Shown piece after piece: positions 19,233-29,675 of a DNA stretch of 64,000 bases (its first letter is position 1; each line of letters opens with the position of its first letter). A program made the position numbers and the translations under genes. The notes under the pieces were generated by a model, which was not told the DNA's origin, searched no databases, and saw only the letters and a list, made by a program, of their open reading frames with translations. Source of the stretch: Spirosoma sp. (GTDB lineage Bacteria; Bacteroidota; Bacteroidia; Cytophagales; Spirosomataceae); NCBI GenBank assembly GCA_014377625.1, contig JACMPG010000012.1, forward strand, positions 191 to 64,190, written 5' to 3'.

Positions 19233-20525
19233 TTAACTTTTAAAGAGCGGAAATGCTTTCATCCACTCGTTGATTTCTTCTTTAACGGTGGCTAACGTAC
19301 CCGCATCGTCGTGGTTCATCAGCACCCGGTCAATATATACGACAATCTGCTCCATGTCCGATTCAATCAGGCCGCGCGTAGTCATAGCCGCCGTACCAAC
19401 CCGCATCCCCGACGTCACCATCGGCGATTTATCATCGAACGGCACCATGTTTTTGTTGATCGTGATATCGGCTTTGATGAGCGTGTTCTCGGCAATTTTT
19501 CCGGTTAAGCCCTTGCTACGCAAATCAATCAGCATCAGGTGGTTATCCGTACCGCCCGAAATAATCTGGTAGCCACGCTCCGTAAACGCATTGGCCATAG
19601 CCTGCGCGTTAGCTTTTACCCGAACGGCGTACTCGTAAAAATCGTCGGTGAGGGCTTCGCCAAACGCCACGGCTTTAGCCGCAATGATGTGTTCGAGCGG
19701 GCCACCCTGCGTACCCGGAAATACACCCGAGTCGAGCAGCGACGACATAAGCCGGGGCTCCCCTTTCAGTGTTTTCAGGCCGTAGGGATTCTCAAAATCT
19801 TCGCGCATCATAATCAGCCCACCCCGCGTACCGCGCAGGGTTTTGTGGGTTGTGGTTGTAACGATATGCGCATGGGCCAGCGGGTCGTTCAGCAGACCTT
19901 TGGCAATTAGTCCGGCGGGGTGCGATACGTCGGCCAGGAGCAATGCACCTATCTCGTCGGCAATGGCGCGGAGCCGGGCATAGTCCCAGTCGCGGCTGTA
20001 GGCCGACGCTCCGCAGATGAGCAGCTTTGGCCGCTCACGCTTGGCGGTTTCTTCGACGGTATCGTAGTTGATAAGGCCCGTTTCGCGCTCGACGCCGTAG
20101 AACGTAGGCCGGAAATACTTACCAGAAATGTTGACCGGCGAGCCGTGCGTGAGGTGGCCACCGTGGCTTAGGTCAAAGCCCAGAATGGTATCACCGGGTT
20201 TGAGACAGGCCAGGAAGACGGCCATGTTCGCGTTGGCCCCGGAGTGCGGCTGCACATTGGCCCAGGTAGCTCCGAAGAGTTCTTTGGCCCGGTCAATGGC
20301 AATCTGCTCTACCTCATCAACCACTTCGCAACCGCCATAGTAGCGTTTGCCGGGCAGACCTTCGGCGTATTTGTTGGTCAGTACGCTGCCAGCTGCTTCC
20401 ATGACAGCGGGCGATACGAAGTTCTCGGAAGCAATCAGTTCAATACCGGATTCCTGCCGGTGCTGTTCGCGGGCGATGAGGTCAAAAACGGCAGTGTCGC
20501 GGGCGATAGTGGTCTCGGTTGTCAT
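19233..20525 (-). CDS. glyA: Serine hydroxymethyltransferase
   Basis: [37 protein letters not shown]. Confidence 0.98.
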   Translation of the reverse strand: MTTETTIARDTAVFDLIAREQHRQESGIELIASENFVSPAVMEAAGSVLTNKYAEGLPGKRYYGGCEVVDEVEQIAIDRAKELFGATWANVQPHSGANANMAVFLACLKPGDTILGFDLSHGGHLTHGSPVNISGKYFRPTFYGVERETGLINYDTVEETAKRERPKLLICGASAYSRDWDYARLRAIADEIGALLLADVSHPAGLIAKGLLNDPLAHAHIVTTTTHKTLRGTRGGLIMMREDFENPYGLKTLKGEPRLMSSLLDSGVFPGTQGGPLEHIIAAKAVAFGEALTDDFYEYAVRVKANAQAMANAFTERGYQIISGGTDNHLMLIDLRSKGLTGKIAENTLIKADITINKNMVPFDDKSPMVTSGMRVGTAAMTTRGLIESDMEQIVVYIDRVLMNHDDAGTLATVKEEINEWMKAFPLFKS

Positions 20526-20536
20526 GCGCAAACGGT

Positions 20537-20640
20537 GTTTGTCTGTTTGGTTGGTTAACTGTTTGGTTGCCGCTCATCTGACGTCACCTGATCGTCATCG
20601 ACAGCCAAATAGTTAGCCCGACAAACAACCAAACAATCTA
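20537..20640. repeat. Degenerate octamer-repeat palindrome in glyA leader
   Basis: gtttgtctgtttggttggtt ... acaaacaaccaaacaatc; -7 element TACCTTTG (minus) at about 20646-20653. Confidence 0.45.
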
Positions 20641-20681
20641 TATAACAAAGGTACGGCGGAAAACGAAAAATGCCCGGTTTT

Positions 20682-21551
20682 TCACTTCGTATGCACCGTT
20701 GTCTGGTAGCGTAATGGGGTCATGCCGGTATTGAGTTTGAACTGCCGGTGAAAATGGGAGATATTATTGAACCCGCACTCCAGTCCCACCTGTCCTATGC
20801 TCAGGTCGGCGTTGGTCAGCAATTTACGGGCGTGACCAATGCGCAGTTCGTTCAGGTACTCGACGTAGGTTTTTCGGGTGCGTTTTTTGAAGTAACGGCA
20901 GAAAGCTGCTGGTGCCATACCCGTCACCGACGCAATCTGCTCAATCCTGATTTCGTCGCGAAAATGCGCCAGTGTGAACTCGAGTACCCGTTTCATGCGC
21001 TCGGTTTCGGCGGCTCCCGGTGCCAGTTGATAGCCATCGCTGGCCAGCAAACAGGCGTCGCGGTCGGTGGCCAGCTGATTCAGAATATGCAGGGTGCTCA
21101 ACACCTGCTCCAGGCCGTTCTGCGTAGCAAGCTGCTTAATGTCATCGCTCATCTGACTGGACACTTCCATACTGAACCGCAGACCATAGCGGGCACGGGT
21201 AAGAAGACTCGTGATGGCACAGGCTTCGGGCAGATTTTGTAATACCTGTTGGGTAAACGCCAGCGGAAACTGCAGCACAATCCACTCGGCCATAAGCGTG
21301 GATTCGGATTGATAATATTCGTCATCGCTACGCCAGAAGTGCGGCATGTCGGGACCTATCAGCACCAGATCGCCCGCTACGAACGATTCTACGTGATCGC
21401 CCACGAACCGCCGACCGCACCCCTTGGCAATGTAGGTTAGTTCATATTCGGGGTGATAATGCCAGGGTACATCGAACTGGGGCATCTTAAACCGCCGGAC
21501 TAAAAGCGATCGCTGGTCATGAATAGTAATTTTCTCGAAGAGTGCTTTCAT
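20682..21551 (-). CDS. AraC family transcriptional regulator (cupin + HTH)
   Basis: WHYHPEYEL; C-terminal ECGFNNISHFHRQFK..GMTP. Confidence 0.92.
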   Translation of the reverse strand: MKALFEKITIHDQRSLLVRRFKMPQFDVPWHYHPEYELTYIAKGCGRRFVGDHVESFVAGDLVLIGPDMPHFWRSDDEYYQSESTLMAEWIVLQFPLAFTQQVLQNLPEACAITSLLTRARYGLRFSMEVSSQMSDDIKQLATQNGLEQVLSTLHILNQLATDRDACLLASDGYQLAPGAAETERMKRVLEFTLAHFRDEIRIEQIASVTGMAPAAFCRYFKKRTRKTYVEYLNELRIGHARKLLTNADLSIGQVGLECGFNNISHFHRQFKLNTGMTPLRYQTTVHTK

Positions 21552-21704
21552 AATATGCGGTATTATGGCCCACAAAAGGGAAGAGGGTTTTTATACAATC
21601 AATATGCTACATAAACGGGTAAACTCATCTGTATTTACTCATTTTAATATCTGGTATTTTTGCCCGATAGAATAAACACACTTCATTTCGCATAATCAGC
21701 CATT

Positions 21705-22538
21705 ATGGAAGCAGCCATCAACAAAGCGTCGCTGTTACGGGAGTTAAACACATCATACAATGTTAGCCCTGACGCCATCGCATTCTACCGGAAAAACGGC
21801 TATGTAAAATTGAAGCAGGTACTGAGTGCCGACGTGCTGACCTACTACGGCGAAGTAATTACGGATCTGGTGTTCCGACTCAACACGCTCGACAAACCCA
21901 TGAGCGAGCGCACAACCTATGAGCGGGCGTTTCTGCAAATAATGAACCTCTGGCGCGAAGATGAACAGGCCCAGGAATTTGTGTTCTCGAAACGGCTGGC
22001 CCGGATTGCTACCGATCTGATGGGTGTGGAAGGCGTCCGCATTTACCACGATCAGGCACTTTACAAAGAACCGTCCGGCGGCATTACACCCTGGCACGCC
22101 GATCAGTTCTATTGGCCACTGTCTTCCAGCAAGACGACTACCGTCTGGATACCGTTACAGGATACGCCGATGGAACTCGGTCCGCTGGCCTTTGCCGAAG
22201 GCTCACAGAGCGTAGAAATTGGCCGCGATCTGGAAATCAGCGACGAAAGCGAGCAAATCCTGGCAAACGCCCTGCAAAAAGAAAACTTCCCGCTCAATAA
22301 CACCCCATTCGACCTCGGCGAAGTGAGCTACCACGCTGGCTGGACGTTCCACCGCGCCGGGCCAAATACCTCCAACCGTCCGCGTGGGGTAATGACCATG
22401 ATTTATATGGACAAAGACCAGACTGTTGTGCAGCCCCGCAACAACTATCAGATGGCTGACCATGCAAAGTGGCTGGCCAGCGTACCCATTGGCAGCAAAC
22501 CGCAGGATGAGTTAAACCCGGTGCTGTTCAGTTACTAA
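21705..22538 (+). CDS. Phytanoyl-CoA dioxygenase (PhyH) family Fe(II)/2OG oxygenase
   Basis: TPWHADQ (HxD), HRAGPN.S..PR. Confidence 0.88.
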   Translation: MEAAINKASLLRELNTSYNVSPDAIAFYRKNGYVKLKQVLSADVLTYYGEVITDLVFRLNTLDKPMSERTTYERAFLQIMNLWREDEQAQEFVFSKRLARIATDLMGVEGVRIYHDQALYKEPSGGITPWHADQFYWPLSSSKTTTVWIPLQDTPMELGPLAFAEGSQSVEIGRDLEISDESEQILANALQKENFPLNNTPFDLGEVSYHAGWTFHRAGPNTSNRPRGVMTMIYMDKDQTVVQPRNNYQMADHAKWLASVPIGSKPQDELNPVLFSY

Positions 22539-22565
22539 TTCGGTTTTAACAGGTAGATCTTACAA

Positions 22566-22596
22566 CAACGCCCTGGCCATTGGTCGGGGCGTTGTA
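22566..22596 (+). terminator. Hairpin after PhyH gene
   Basis: caacgccctggcca/tggtcggggcgttg. Confidence 0.45.
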
Positions 22597-22669
22597 TGTA
22601 CGGGGCCGAACAATTGGACGTATTTTTGCAGAAACCGTGTTACAGTATCGAATCATTACCCACTGTCCA

Positions 22670-24778
22670 ATGAAGTCATTCCTCGCGCTCGTGGCCGGGC
22701 TGTTGCTCTCGCTATCCACGTTCGCTCAACTCATCAAAGATCCTGCCACCTGGTCGGTATCGGTACCGAAGCAGCCCGCCCGCGTTGGCGACGTAGTGGA
22801 GGTGCGCATTCAGGCCGCGCTGACCAGCAACTGGCATATCTATTCCAATGACCTTAATCCAGATATTGGCCCGCTTCCTACCACGCTTACATTTACCCCG
22901 AATGACGGGTATCAACTCGTGGGCAAAGTAGTACCGGTGGGCGTGGAGGAAGTCTACGAGAAAGTCTGGGATGCTAAAATCAGGCAGTTTTCGGGCCGGG
23001 CGCAGTTTTTGCAAAAAGTAAAACTCCTGAAGCCTGCTGCCACATTCAGCGGAACGGTTGAGTATATGGCCTGTTCGTCAATTGACGGTACCTGTCTGCC
23101 CCCCAAAGAAGCCCCATTCTCAACGCAACTTACCGCGTCTGCTCCCGCTACGGCGGCTGGTCAGCCAGAAATAGTGACGCCAGCCACCGCTGCCACTGCG
23201 CCACAGATAACACCGGCGGCTACAATGCCAACAACCGAAAGTGCAACAACCCCGGCAACGCTTACAACTACCGATGGACTCACAACACCAACTGTTAAGC
23301 AGGCTATCGAGGGACCCGAAGCCCCACTCGACGCAGCCGCCGAAACGCCCGCTACGGAGTCACTTGCGGGTTTTGTCGTAGCGGCTTTTCTGGCTGGTTT
23401 GCTGGCCCTGCTAACGCCCTGCGTGTTTCCAATTATTCCGATGACGGTCAGTTTTTTCACGAATCAGAAAGGTGGCACCTGGAAGGCATTACTCTACGGC
23501 CTGTCTATCGTAGCTATTTACGTCTTGATTGGCACGGTTGTGTCGCGCATCAATGGCCCGGCATTTGCCAACTTTGTGAGTACGCACTGGCTGCCAAACG
23601 TCTTGTTCTTTGCGGTTTTCTTCATCTTCGGATTATCATTTCTGGGGTTGTTCGAGATCGTGTTACCGAGTTCGCTGGTCAACAAAGCCGACGCGCAAAG
23701 TGAGAAGGGCGGGGTGCTGGGCATCCTATTTATGGCTTTTACGCTGGTGCTGGTTTCATTTTCCTGCACCGGTCCTATTGTGGGTAGTCTGCTGGTAGCA
23801 TCGGCAGGGGGCGAAGTGATTAAGCCGATTGTAGGTATGGCCGCTTTTTCGTCGGCGTTTGCCATACCGTTTACGCTGTTCGCGCTGTTTCCGCAGTGGC
23901 TTAAGAGTTTGCCGAAATCGGGCGGGTGGCTCAACTCGGTGAAGGTTGTACTGGGCTTCCTTGAACTGGCCCTCGCGCTAAAATTCCTGAGCATCGCCGA
24001 TCAGGTCTATCACTGGGGCTTGCTCGACCGCGAAGTCTATCTGGCGTTCTGGATTGTCATTTTTGCCCTGATTGGTTTCTACCTGCTTGGCAAAATCCGT
24101 CTACCGCACGACAGCGAAACCAGGTTCACCAGCGTACCACGCATGGTGCTGGCCATCGGTACGTTCGCGTTTGTGGTGTATATGATACCGGGTCTGTGGG
24201 GTGCACCGTTAAAAGCGTTGTCAGGCTATTTACCGCCGAAGACATCACAGGATTTCGACCTGTACGAACGGCCCTCCAGCAGTGGTGCGGCAGTTGGCAC
24301 CCCTCTCGGCGAGACACCCAAATACGCTGACCTGTTCGAGTTACCCCACAACCTGAACGGGTTCTTCGACTACAAACAGGCCCTGGCTTACGCCAAAAAA
24401 GTGAACAAACCGGTCTTCATCGACTTCACCGGACATGGCTGCGTAAACTGCCGCGAAATGGAAGCCAACGTCTGGGCAGACCCGGCAGTACTGGAACGCC
24501 TTCAAAACGATTACGTAATTGTAGCCCTGTACGTGGACGATAAAACTGAACTACCCGAAGCACAGTGGTACACCTCGCCCTACGACCAGAAGGTGAAGAA
24601 AACCATCGGTGCGCAAAACGCCGACCTGCAAATCACGAAATACAACAACAACGCCCAGCCACACTACTGCTTGGTCGACAGTAGCGGCAAGCTGTTGGTA
24701 TCCCCGAAAAACTATGACCGCAGTGTAGCCAATTTCATCGCTTTTCTGGACGCCGGCAAAGGTCGGTTTGCTATGTAG
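22670..24778 (+). CDS. DsbD/CcdA-like thiol:disulfide interchange protein
   Basis: N-domain WHIYS, C...CLPP; TM LLTPCVFP, FSCTGP; thioredoxin CVNC. Confidence 0.92.
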   Translation: MKSFLALVAGLLLSLSTFAQLIKDPATWSVSVPKQPARVGDVVEVRIQAALTSNWHIYSNDLNPDIGPLPTTLTFTPNDGYQLVGKVVPVGVEEVYEKVWDAKIRQFSGRAQFLQKVKLLKPAATFSGTVEYMACSSIDGTCLPPKEAPFSTQLTASAPATAAGQPEIVTPATAATAPQITPAATMPTTESATTPATLTTTDGLTTPTVKQAIEGPEAPLDAAAETPATESLAGFVVAAFLAGLLALLTPCVFPIIPMTVSFFTNQKGGTWKALLYGLSIVAIYVLIGTVVSRINGPAFANFVSTHWLPNVLFFAVFFIFGLSFLGLFEIVLPSSLVNKADAQSEKGGVLGILFMAFTLVLVSFSCTGPIVGSLLVASAGGEVIKPIVGMAAFSSAFAIPFTLFALFPQWLKSLPKSGGWLNSVKVVLGFLELALALKFLSIADQVYHWGLLDREVYLAFWIVIFALIGFYLLGKIRLPHDSETRFTSVPRMVLAIGTFAFVVYMIPGLWGAPLKALSGYLPPKTSQDFDLYERPSSSGAAVGTPLGETPKYADLFELPHNLNGFFDYKQALAYAKKVNKPVFIDFTGHGCVNCREMEANVWADPAVLERLQNDYVIVALYVDDKTELPEAQWYTSPYDQKVKKTIGAQNADLQITKYNNNAQPHYCLVDSSGKLLVSPKNYDRSVANFIAFLDAGKGRFAM

Positions 24779-24912
24779 GTCGGACACTCCTGTCCGACCA
24801 GCCCGGTACGGGCTAACGATGTAGTTGAAGCTAAGCTAAAAACGCGATAACTTAGCTTCAACTACCGGATTAGTCGCTCCGCGACTGGTCGGACAGGAGT
24901 GTCCGACCTACA
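24774..24912. repeat. GTAG-type REP doublet with a nested second GTAG palindrome
   Basis: 28-bp perfect IR 24774-24801/24885-24912; inner 15-bp IR 24821-24835/24851-24865. Confidence 0.88.
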
Positions 24913-24949
24913 GAAAAAGCCCCGCCAGATATCTGGCGGGGCTTTTTCT
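24912..24949. terminator. Bidirectional intrinsic terminator
   Basis: agaaaaagccccgccaga-ta-tctggcggggctttttct. Confidence 0.85.
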
Positions 24950-24965
24950 ATACGATGAAAACTAA

Positions 24966-25991
24966 TTACGCTTCAACCGGCACGGCCTGCTTACGCGCCA
25001 TTTCAAGATCAGGCTTCGACTCGTCGGCGAGGGTGACGCGGCCCCGTTCGCTGCGGACAATGCGTGAGTAAAGCGAAATCTCCTGGTCGAAGAGAAACCG
25101 GAAAAACAGCCGGACGTACGATGTATGGAACTTCAGCGTATCGTAAAACTCCGGTGCGCTGCGCTTGATCTCGGGCAGTCTGTTCCAGGGAATCGACGGA
25201 AAATCATGGTGCTCGTTGTGGAAACCTACGTTCAGGTTTGGGCCGTTCAGTTGGCCGTAGTAGCTGTACGTTTCCTGCTCCGGGTCCAGCGTGAGGTAAT
25301 GCTCCTGAATCCAGCGGGCACCGAGTGGATGCAGACCGACCGAGAAAAACAGGCACAGCAACAAAAACGCCAGGGCTTTCCAACCGAAGAGCGTCACAAT
25401 CAAGACGTCGAAGGCCAGTTGTACCACAATATTGGTACCGACCCACTTATCAATTACAGCCAGTTCGCGCATACGAATGGTACGGATCGCCTGAAATACC
25501 GGAAACAGCAGCAGCCAGATGGCTTTACCAATGGCATAGTTCTTAATCAGTTTGGCTTCGTACCAGTCGGGCAAATCAGCGTCGAGTTCGTGGACGCCCT
25601 GAAACGCGTGGTGCTTGATGTGAAAGTTCTTGAACGACAACGCCGTAGGCAGTACCGTAGGTAGGTTCGCGAAGACGGCCGCCCAGGCGTTGGCCGTTGG
25701 TTTGCGAAAAATCAGGTTGTGGGCCGCTTCGTGAATGCAGACGAACAGCGTATGCGCTGGAAACGCGCCGATAAACCACGCAGCAGCCACCACAACCCAC
25801 CACGACTGATCTCGCACGAGCCAGGCCATAGCGACCATGAGCGAGACACAGCCCAGAATGACCCAGAACGTAGTCGGGTTTTTCTGACCGATGAGTTTTT
25901 TGATTTCGGGGTGCGCTTTCAGAATTTGCCGGGTGCGGATGCGGTGCGGCTCGGAGGTGGTTGAGCGAACAAAATCAGTTGCAGTTGCCAT
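24966..25991 (-). CDS. Membrane desaturase, sphingolipid delta-4 desaturase (DES1/DEGS)-like
   Basis: His boxes HEAAH, HIKHH, HNEHH; N-term EPHRIRTRQILKAHPEIKKL; GLHPLGARWIQEH; ETYSYYG. Confidence 0.82.
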   Translation of the reverse strand: MATATDFVRSTTSEPHRIRTRQILKAHPEIKKLIGQKNPTTFWVILGCVSLMVAMAWLVRDQSWWVVVAAAWFIGAFPAHTLFVCIHEAAHNLIFRKPTANAWAAVFANLPTVLPTALSFKNFHIKHHAFQGVHELDADLPDWYEAKLIKNYAIGKAIWLLLFPVFQAIRTIRMRELAVIDKWVGTNIVVQLAFDVLIVTLFGWKALAFLLLCLFFSVGLHPLGARWIQEHYLTLDPEQETYSYYGQLNGPNLNVGFHNEHHDFPSIPWNRLPEIKRSAPEFYDTLKFHTSYVRLFFRFLFDQEISLYSRIVRSERGRVTLADESKPDLEMARKQAVPVEA

Positions 25992-26103
25992 AATTGGTAT
26001 CGGCAGTACGGGATAAGTTGATAATGAACAGTAAAAATAACGGATTATGTGCGGACTTACTCATAATTTCCCGGCGCAACCTGACTATCTAATCTTAGCC
26101 AGC

Positions 26104-26670
26104 ATGGAATTTTACGACAAGATTTTCGACCCAAATAGTGAGTTACCGGTACAGTGGGTGCAACACGATTTTGAGCAGTGTACGTTCAAAAATCTGAATC
26201 TATCGGCGGTTACTTTTACCAAATCGAGTTTTATAAATTGCCGGTTTGAAAACTGCGACCTGACGCAGGCTGCGCTCCCAAACACCAAACTTGACGATGT
26301 TACCTTTGTAAACTGCCAACTCATGCACATTGATTTCGGTCTCTGCAACCCATTTGGCCTGCGGGTTGATTTCTACCAGTGCCGACTCGATTACGCCGTT
26401 TTCCTCGATAAGAAACTAAAAAAAACGCAGTTCATCGAGTGTTCGGTAAAAGAGGTTCATTTCCTGAAGTGCGACCTGACAAACGCCCTGTTCGACTCCT
26501 GTGATCTGGAACTGGCCAAATTCGCCGAAAATAACCTGACTGGTGTCGACTTTTCCAGTTCGTACAACCTGACGATGGACCCAGACGATAATATCATCAA
26601 GAAGGCCCGGTTCTCCCGCCATAACCTACCCGGTCTACTGACGAAGTACAGCATTAAAATTATGGATTAG
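26104..26670 (+). CDS. Pentapeptide repeat protein
   Basis: F..C.F / CDL..A.F repeats throughout. Confidence 0.88.
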   Translation: MEFYDKIFDPNSELPVQWVQHDFEQCTFKNLNLSAVTFTKSSFINCRFENCDLTQAALPNTKLDDVTFVNCQLMHIDFGLCNPFGLRVDFYQCRLDYAVFLDKKLKKTQFIECSVKEVHFLKCDLTNALFDSCDLELAKFAENNLTGVDFSSSYNLTMDPDDNIIKKARFSRHNLPGLLTKYSIKIMD

Positions 26671-26673
26671 AAA

Positions 26674-26714
26674 AGGAGGAGGCCCGTTGCTTACCTACGC
26701 GCGGGCCTCCTCCT
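26674..26714. terminator. Bidirectional terminator between convergent genes
   Basis: aggaggaggcccg...cgggcctcctcct. Confidence 0.7.
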
Positions 26715-26732
26715 TAATCACCATAGTGTTCC

Positions 26733-27491
26733 TCACCCCTGCATATTTTCTGAAGTGAGTTTGGCACCGAGGTATTCGCGATTCATGCGGGCAATGTGGT
26801 CGAGGGAAATCGACTTGGGGCATTCTACAGAACAGGCACCCGTGAACGAACAGGCACCGAAACCCTCGGCGTCCATCTGCGCTACCATGCGTTCGGCCCG
26901 GAGTGTACTCTCCGCTTTACCCTGCGGCAATACCGCCATGTGCGAAACTTTAGCCGCTACGAACAGCATGGCCGATGCATTTTTACAGGCCGCTACACAG
27001 GCACCGCAACCAATACACTGCGCTGCATCCATAGCTTCGTCGGACACGCTGCGCGGAATCGCGATTTCGTTGGCATCGGGTGCCGAGCCGGTATTGACCG
27101 ATACGTAGCCCCCCGACTGAATGACCCGGTCGAACGCCGAGCGGTCTACCATCAGGTCTTTTAGTACCGGGAATGCCCGCGCCCGCCAGGGTTCAACCAC
27201 AATGGTATCGCCATCACTGAACGAACGCATGTGCAACTGGCAGGTTGTAGCACCGGTTTGTGGTCCGTGTGCCCGCCCGTTGATGTACATTGAACACATG
27301 CCGCAAATACCCTCGCGGCAGTCATGGTCAAACGCAACAGGTTCCTCACCCTTTCTGGTCAGTTCACCGTTCAGGACGTCGAACATTTCCAGAAAAGACA
27401 TATCCGGCGAGATATTATCGAGACCGTATTCAACCAGTTTACCCGCCGTATTATTATTTTTCTGTCTCCAGACTTTCAGATTGACTTTCAT
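26733..27491 (-). CDS. sdhB: Succinate dehydrogenase/fumarate reductase Fe-S subunit
   Basis: [32 protein letters not shown]; start [10 protein letters not shown]. Confidence 0.95.
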   Translation of the reverse strand: MKVNLKVWRQKNNNTAGKLVEYGLDNISPDMSFLEMFDVLNGELTRKGEEPVAFDHDCREGICGMCSMYINGRAHGPQTGATTCQLHMRSFSDGDTIVVEPWRARAFPVLKDLMVDRSAFDRVIQSGGYVSVNTGSAPDANEIAIPRSVSDEAMDAAQCIGCGACVAACKNASAMLFVAAKVSHMAVLPQGKAESTLRAERMVAQMDAEGFGACSFTGACSVECPKSISLDHIARMNREYLGAKLTSENMQG

Positions 27492-27499
27492 CTTGTAGA

Positions 27500-27616
27500 G
27501 AAATTGTAAGTGGTCCGCCACTGCGGTCGTAAAGTCATAGTCGGTCCGCCGAAGCGGTTGCATAGTTGCTGGCCGAAGCACTTCACAACTTTACAACTAT
27601 ATAACCTTGCAACTTC
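27500..27616. repeat. Octamer-repeat element with two GC-rich GGTCCGCC...GCGGT cores
   Basis: ggtccgccactgcggt and ggtccgccgaagcggtt among ttgtaag/acaact repeats. Confidence 0.55.
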
Positions 27617-29554
27617 TTATTTATACGAACGCTGAGTGAGTTTTACGTTCTCGAACTCCAGCGTCTCTTTGTTCAGTTTTTCGGGCTGATTGTCGCCCTG
27701 ATATTCCCAGGCCGCTACGTAGGCAAAATCGGCGTCGTCGCGCAGGGCTTCGCCGTCGGGTGTCTGGTATTCCTCGCGGAAGTGACCACCGCACGATTCG
27801 TCGCGGTTCAGGGCGTCTTCAATCATCAGCGCACCAAGTTCAATGAAATCGGCGACGCGGCTGGCAGCTTCGAGCGACTGGTTCAGTTCTTCGCTTTCGC
27901 CCGTAATGCGAACGTTGCTCCAGAACTCGGCTTTCAGGTCTTTGATAAGACCCCGTGCTTTGGTCAGCCCTTCGGCCGTGCGCGACATACCGCAGTAGTC
28001 CCACATAATCAGGCCCAATTCGCGGTGGAAATCATCGACCGGTTTGGTGCCTTTAATAGCCAGCATTTTCTCAATCACAGTCGTTACCCGCTGCTCGGCC
28101 TCGCGGAAGGCGGGGGCCGTAACGGGCAGTTTGTCAGCGGGACCGATAGTCGCCAGGTAGTCGCCAACGGTGTAAGGAATCACAAAATAACCATCGGCCA
28201 GACCCTGCATCAGGGCCGACGCACCAAGCCGGTTAGCCCCGTGATCGGAGAAATTAGCTTCGCCCAGTGCGTACAGGCCCGGAACGGTCGTCATCAGGTT
28301 ATAGTCGACCCACAAACCGCCCATTGTGTAGTGTACGGCGGGGTAAATCATCATTGGGGTCTCGTACGGATTGTTATCGACGATTTTCTCATACATCTCG
28401 AACAGGTTACCGTACTTGGCCTCGATGGTTTTGCGACCGTCACGGTTGATGGCATCGGCAAAATCCAGATAGACGGCCAGGCCGGTTTTGCTCACGCCCC
28501 GTCCTTCATCACAAACGGCCTTCGCGTTGCGCGAGGCCACGTCGCGCGGTACAAGGTTACCGAACGAAGGATAGCGACGCTCCAGATAATAGTCACGTTC
28601 ATCTTCCTTGAGGTCGGTTGGTTTCCGTTCGCCCTTGCGAATCTGGTTAGCCAGTTCTTTGGTTTTCGGCACCCATACGCGGCCATCGTTTCTGAGCGAT
28701 TCCGACATCAGCGTCAGTTTCGACTGGTAATCGCCCTTTACGGGAATGCAGGTTGGGTGAATCTGCGTAAAACAGGGGTTGGCCATCAGCGCACCGTGTT
28801 TGTGCGCCCGCCAGGCTGCCGTTACGTTCGATCCCATCGCGTTGGTCGAAAGATAAAATACGTTGCCGTAGCCACCTGTACAGAGCAACACTGCATGCGC
28901 CGAGTGCGACTCAATCTTACCGGTAATCAGGTTGCGCGTAACGATACCCCGCGTCTTTCCATCCTCCACCACGAGATCAAGCATTTCGGTGCGGGTCAGG
29001 AGTTTCACCTTACCGTTGGCCACCTGACGGCTCAGGGCCGAGTAAGCACCGAGCAGCAGTTGCTGGCCGGTCTGGCCCCGTGCGTAGAACGTGCGCGACA
29101 CCTGCGCGCCACCGAACGAGCGGTTAGCCAGCAAACCGCCGTACTCGCGGGCAAACGGAACGCCCTGCGCCACGCATTGGTCAATGATGTTCACGCTGAC
29201 TTCGGCCAGCCGGTGTACGTTACCCTCGCGCGAGCGGTAGTCGCCCCCTTTGATAGTATCATAAAACAGCCGGAACACCGAGTCGCCGTCATTCTGGTAG
29301 TTTTTGGCGGCATTGATACCACCCTGCGCGGCAATGGAGTGCGCCCGGCGAGGGCTATCCTGAAAGCACAATGCTGTTACGTTGTAGCCCAGTTCGGCCA
29401 GCGATGCCGCTGCCGAAGCACCGGCCAGGCCCGTACCGACCACGATAATATCGTACTTCCGTTTATTGGATGGGTTGACCAGCTTCAAACCAAACTTATG
29501 CCGTGTCCATTTCTCGGCCAGCGGCCCTTCGGGAATTTTTGATTTCAGTTCCAT
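27617..29554 (-). CDS. sdhA: Succinate dehydrogenase/fumarate reductase flavoprotein
   Basis: [42 protein letters not shown]. Confidence 0.97.
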   Translation of the reverse strand: MELKSKIPEGPLAEKWTRHKFGLKLVNPSNKRKYDIIVVGTGLAGASAAASLAELGYNVTALCFQDSPRRAHSIAAQGGINAAKNYQNDGDSVFRLFYDTIKGGDYRSREGNVHRLAEVSVNIIDQCVAQGVPFAREYGGLLANRSFGGAQVSRTFYARGQTGQQLLLGAYSALSRQVANGKVKLLTRTEMLDLVVEDGKTRGIVTRNLITGKIESHSAHAVLLCTGGYGNVFYLSTNAMGSNVTAAWRAHKHGALMANPCFTQIHPTCIPVKGDYQSKLTLMSESLRNDGRVWVPKTKELANQIRKGERKPTDLKEDERDYYLERRYPSFGNLVPRDVASRNAKAVCDEGRGVSKTGLAVYLDFADAINRDGRKTIEAKYGNLFEMYEKIVDNNPYETPMMIYPAVHYTMGGLWVDYNLMTTVPGLYALGEANFSDHGANRLGASALMQGLADGYFVIPYTVGDYLATIGPADKLPVTAPAFREAEQRVTTVIEKMLAIKGTKPVDDFHRELGLIMWDYCGMSRTAEGLTKARGLIKDLKAEFWSNVRITGESEELNQSLEAASRVADFIELGALMIEDALNRDESCGGHFREEYQTPDGEALRDDADFAYVAAWEYQGDNQPEKLNKETLEFENVKLTQRSYK

Positions 29555-29559
29555 GATTC

Positions 29560-29675
29560 AATTGTGAATTAGAGAATTAGAGAATGAGTGACTAGTTACT
29601 GACTCAGGCAGGTACTGCCGGAGGTCATTCACTAATTCATTCATTCGCTCATCACCGCACCGGCGGCCCGGTCAT
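29560..29675. repeat. Octamer-repeat palindrome with ACCGCACCGGCGGCCCGGTC core
   Basis: gaattaga/gaatgagt repeats, mirrored tcattcac/tcattc repeats, core at 29654-29673. Confidence 0.6.

Noticed and set aside
23140-23360. Thr/Ala/Pro-rich repeat in the dsbD-like gene
   Set aside because: Ordinary flexible linker between domains
26104-26670. Qnr-type quinolone resistance gene
   Set aside because: Generic pentapeptide repeats are common in Bacteroidota; nothing specific supports Qnr
27782-29542. 586-aa + strand ORF
   Set aside because: Antisense shadow of sdhA with no recognisable motifs; expected from codon bias
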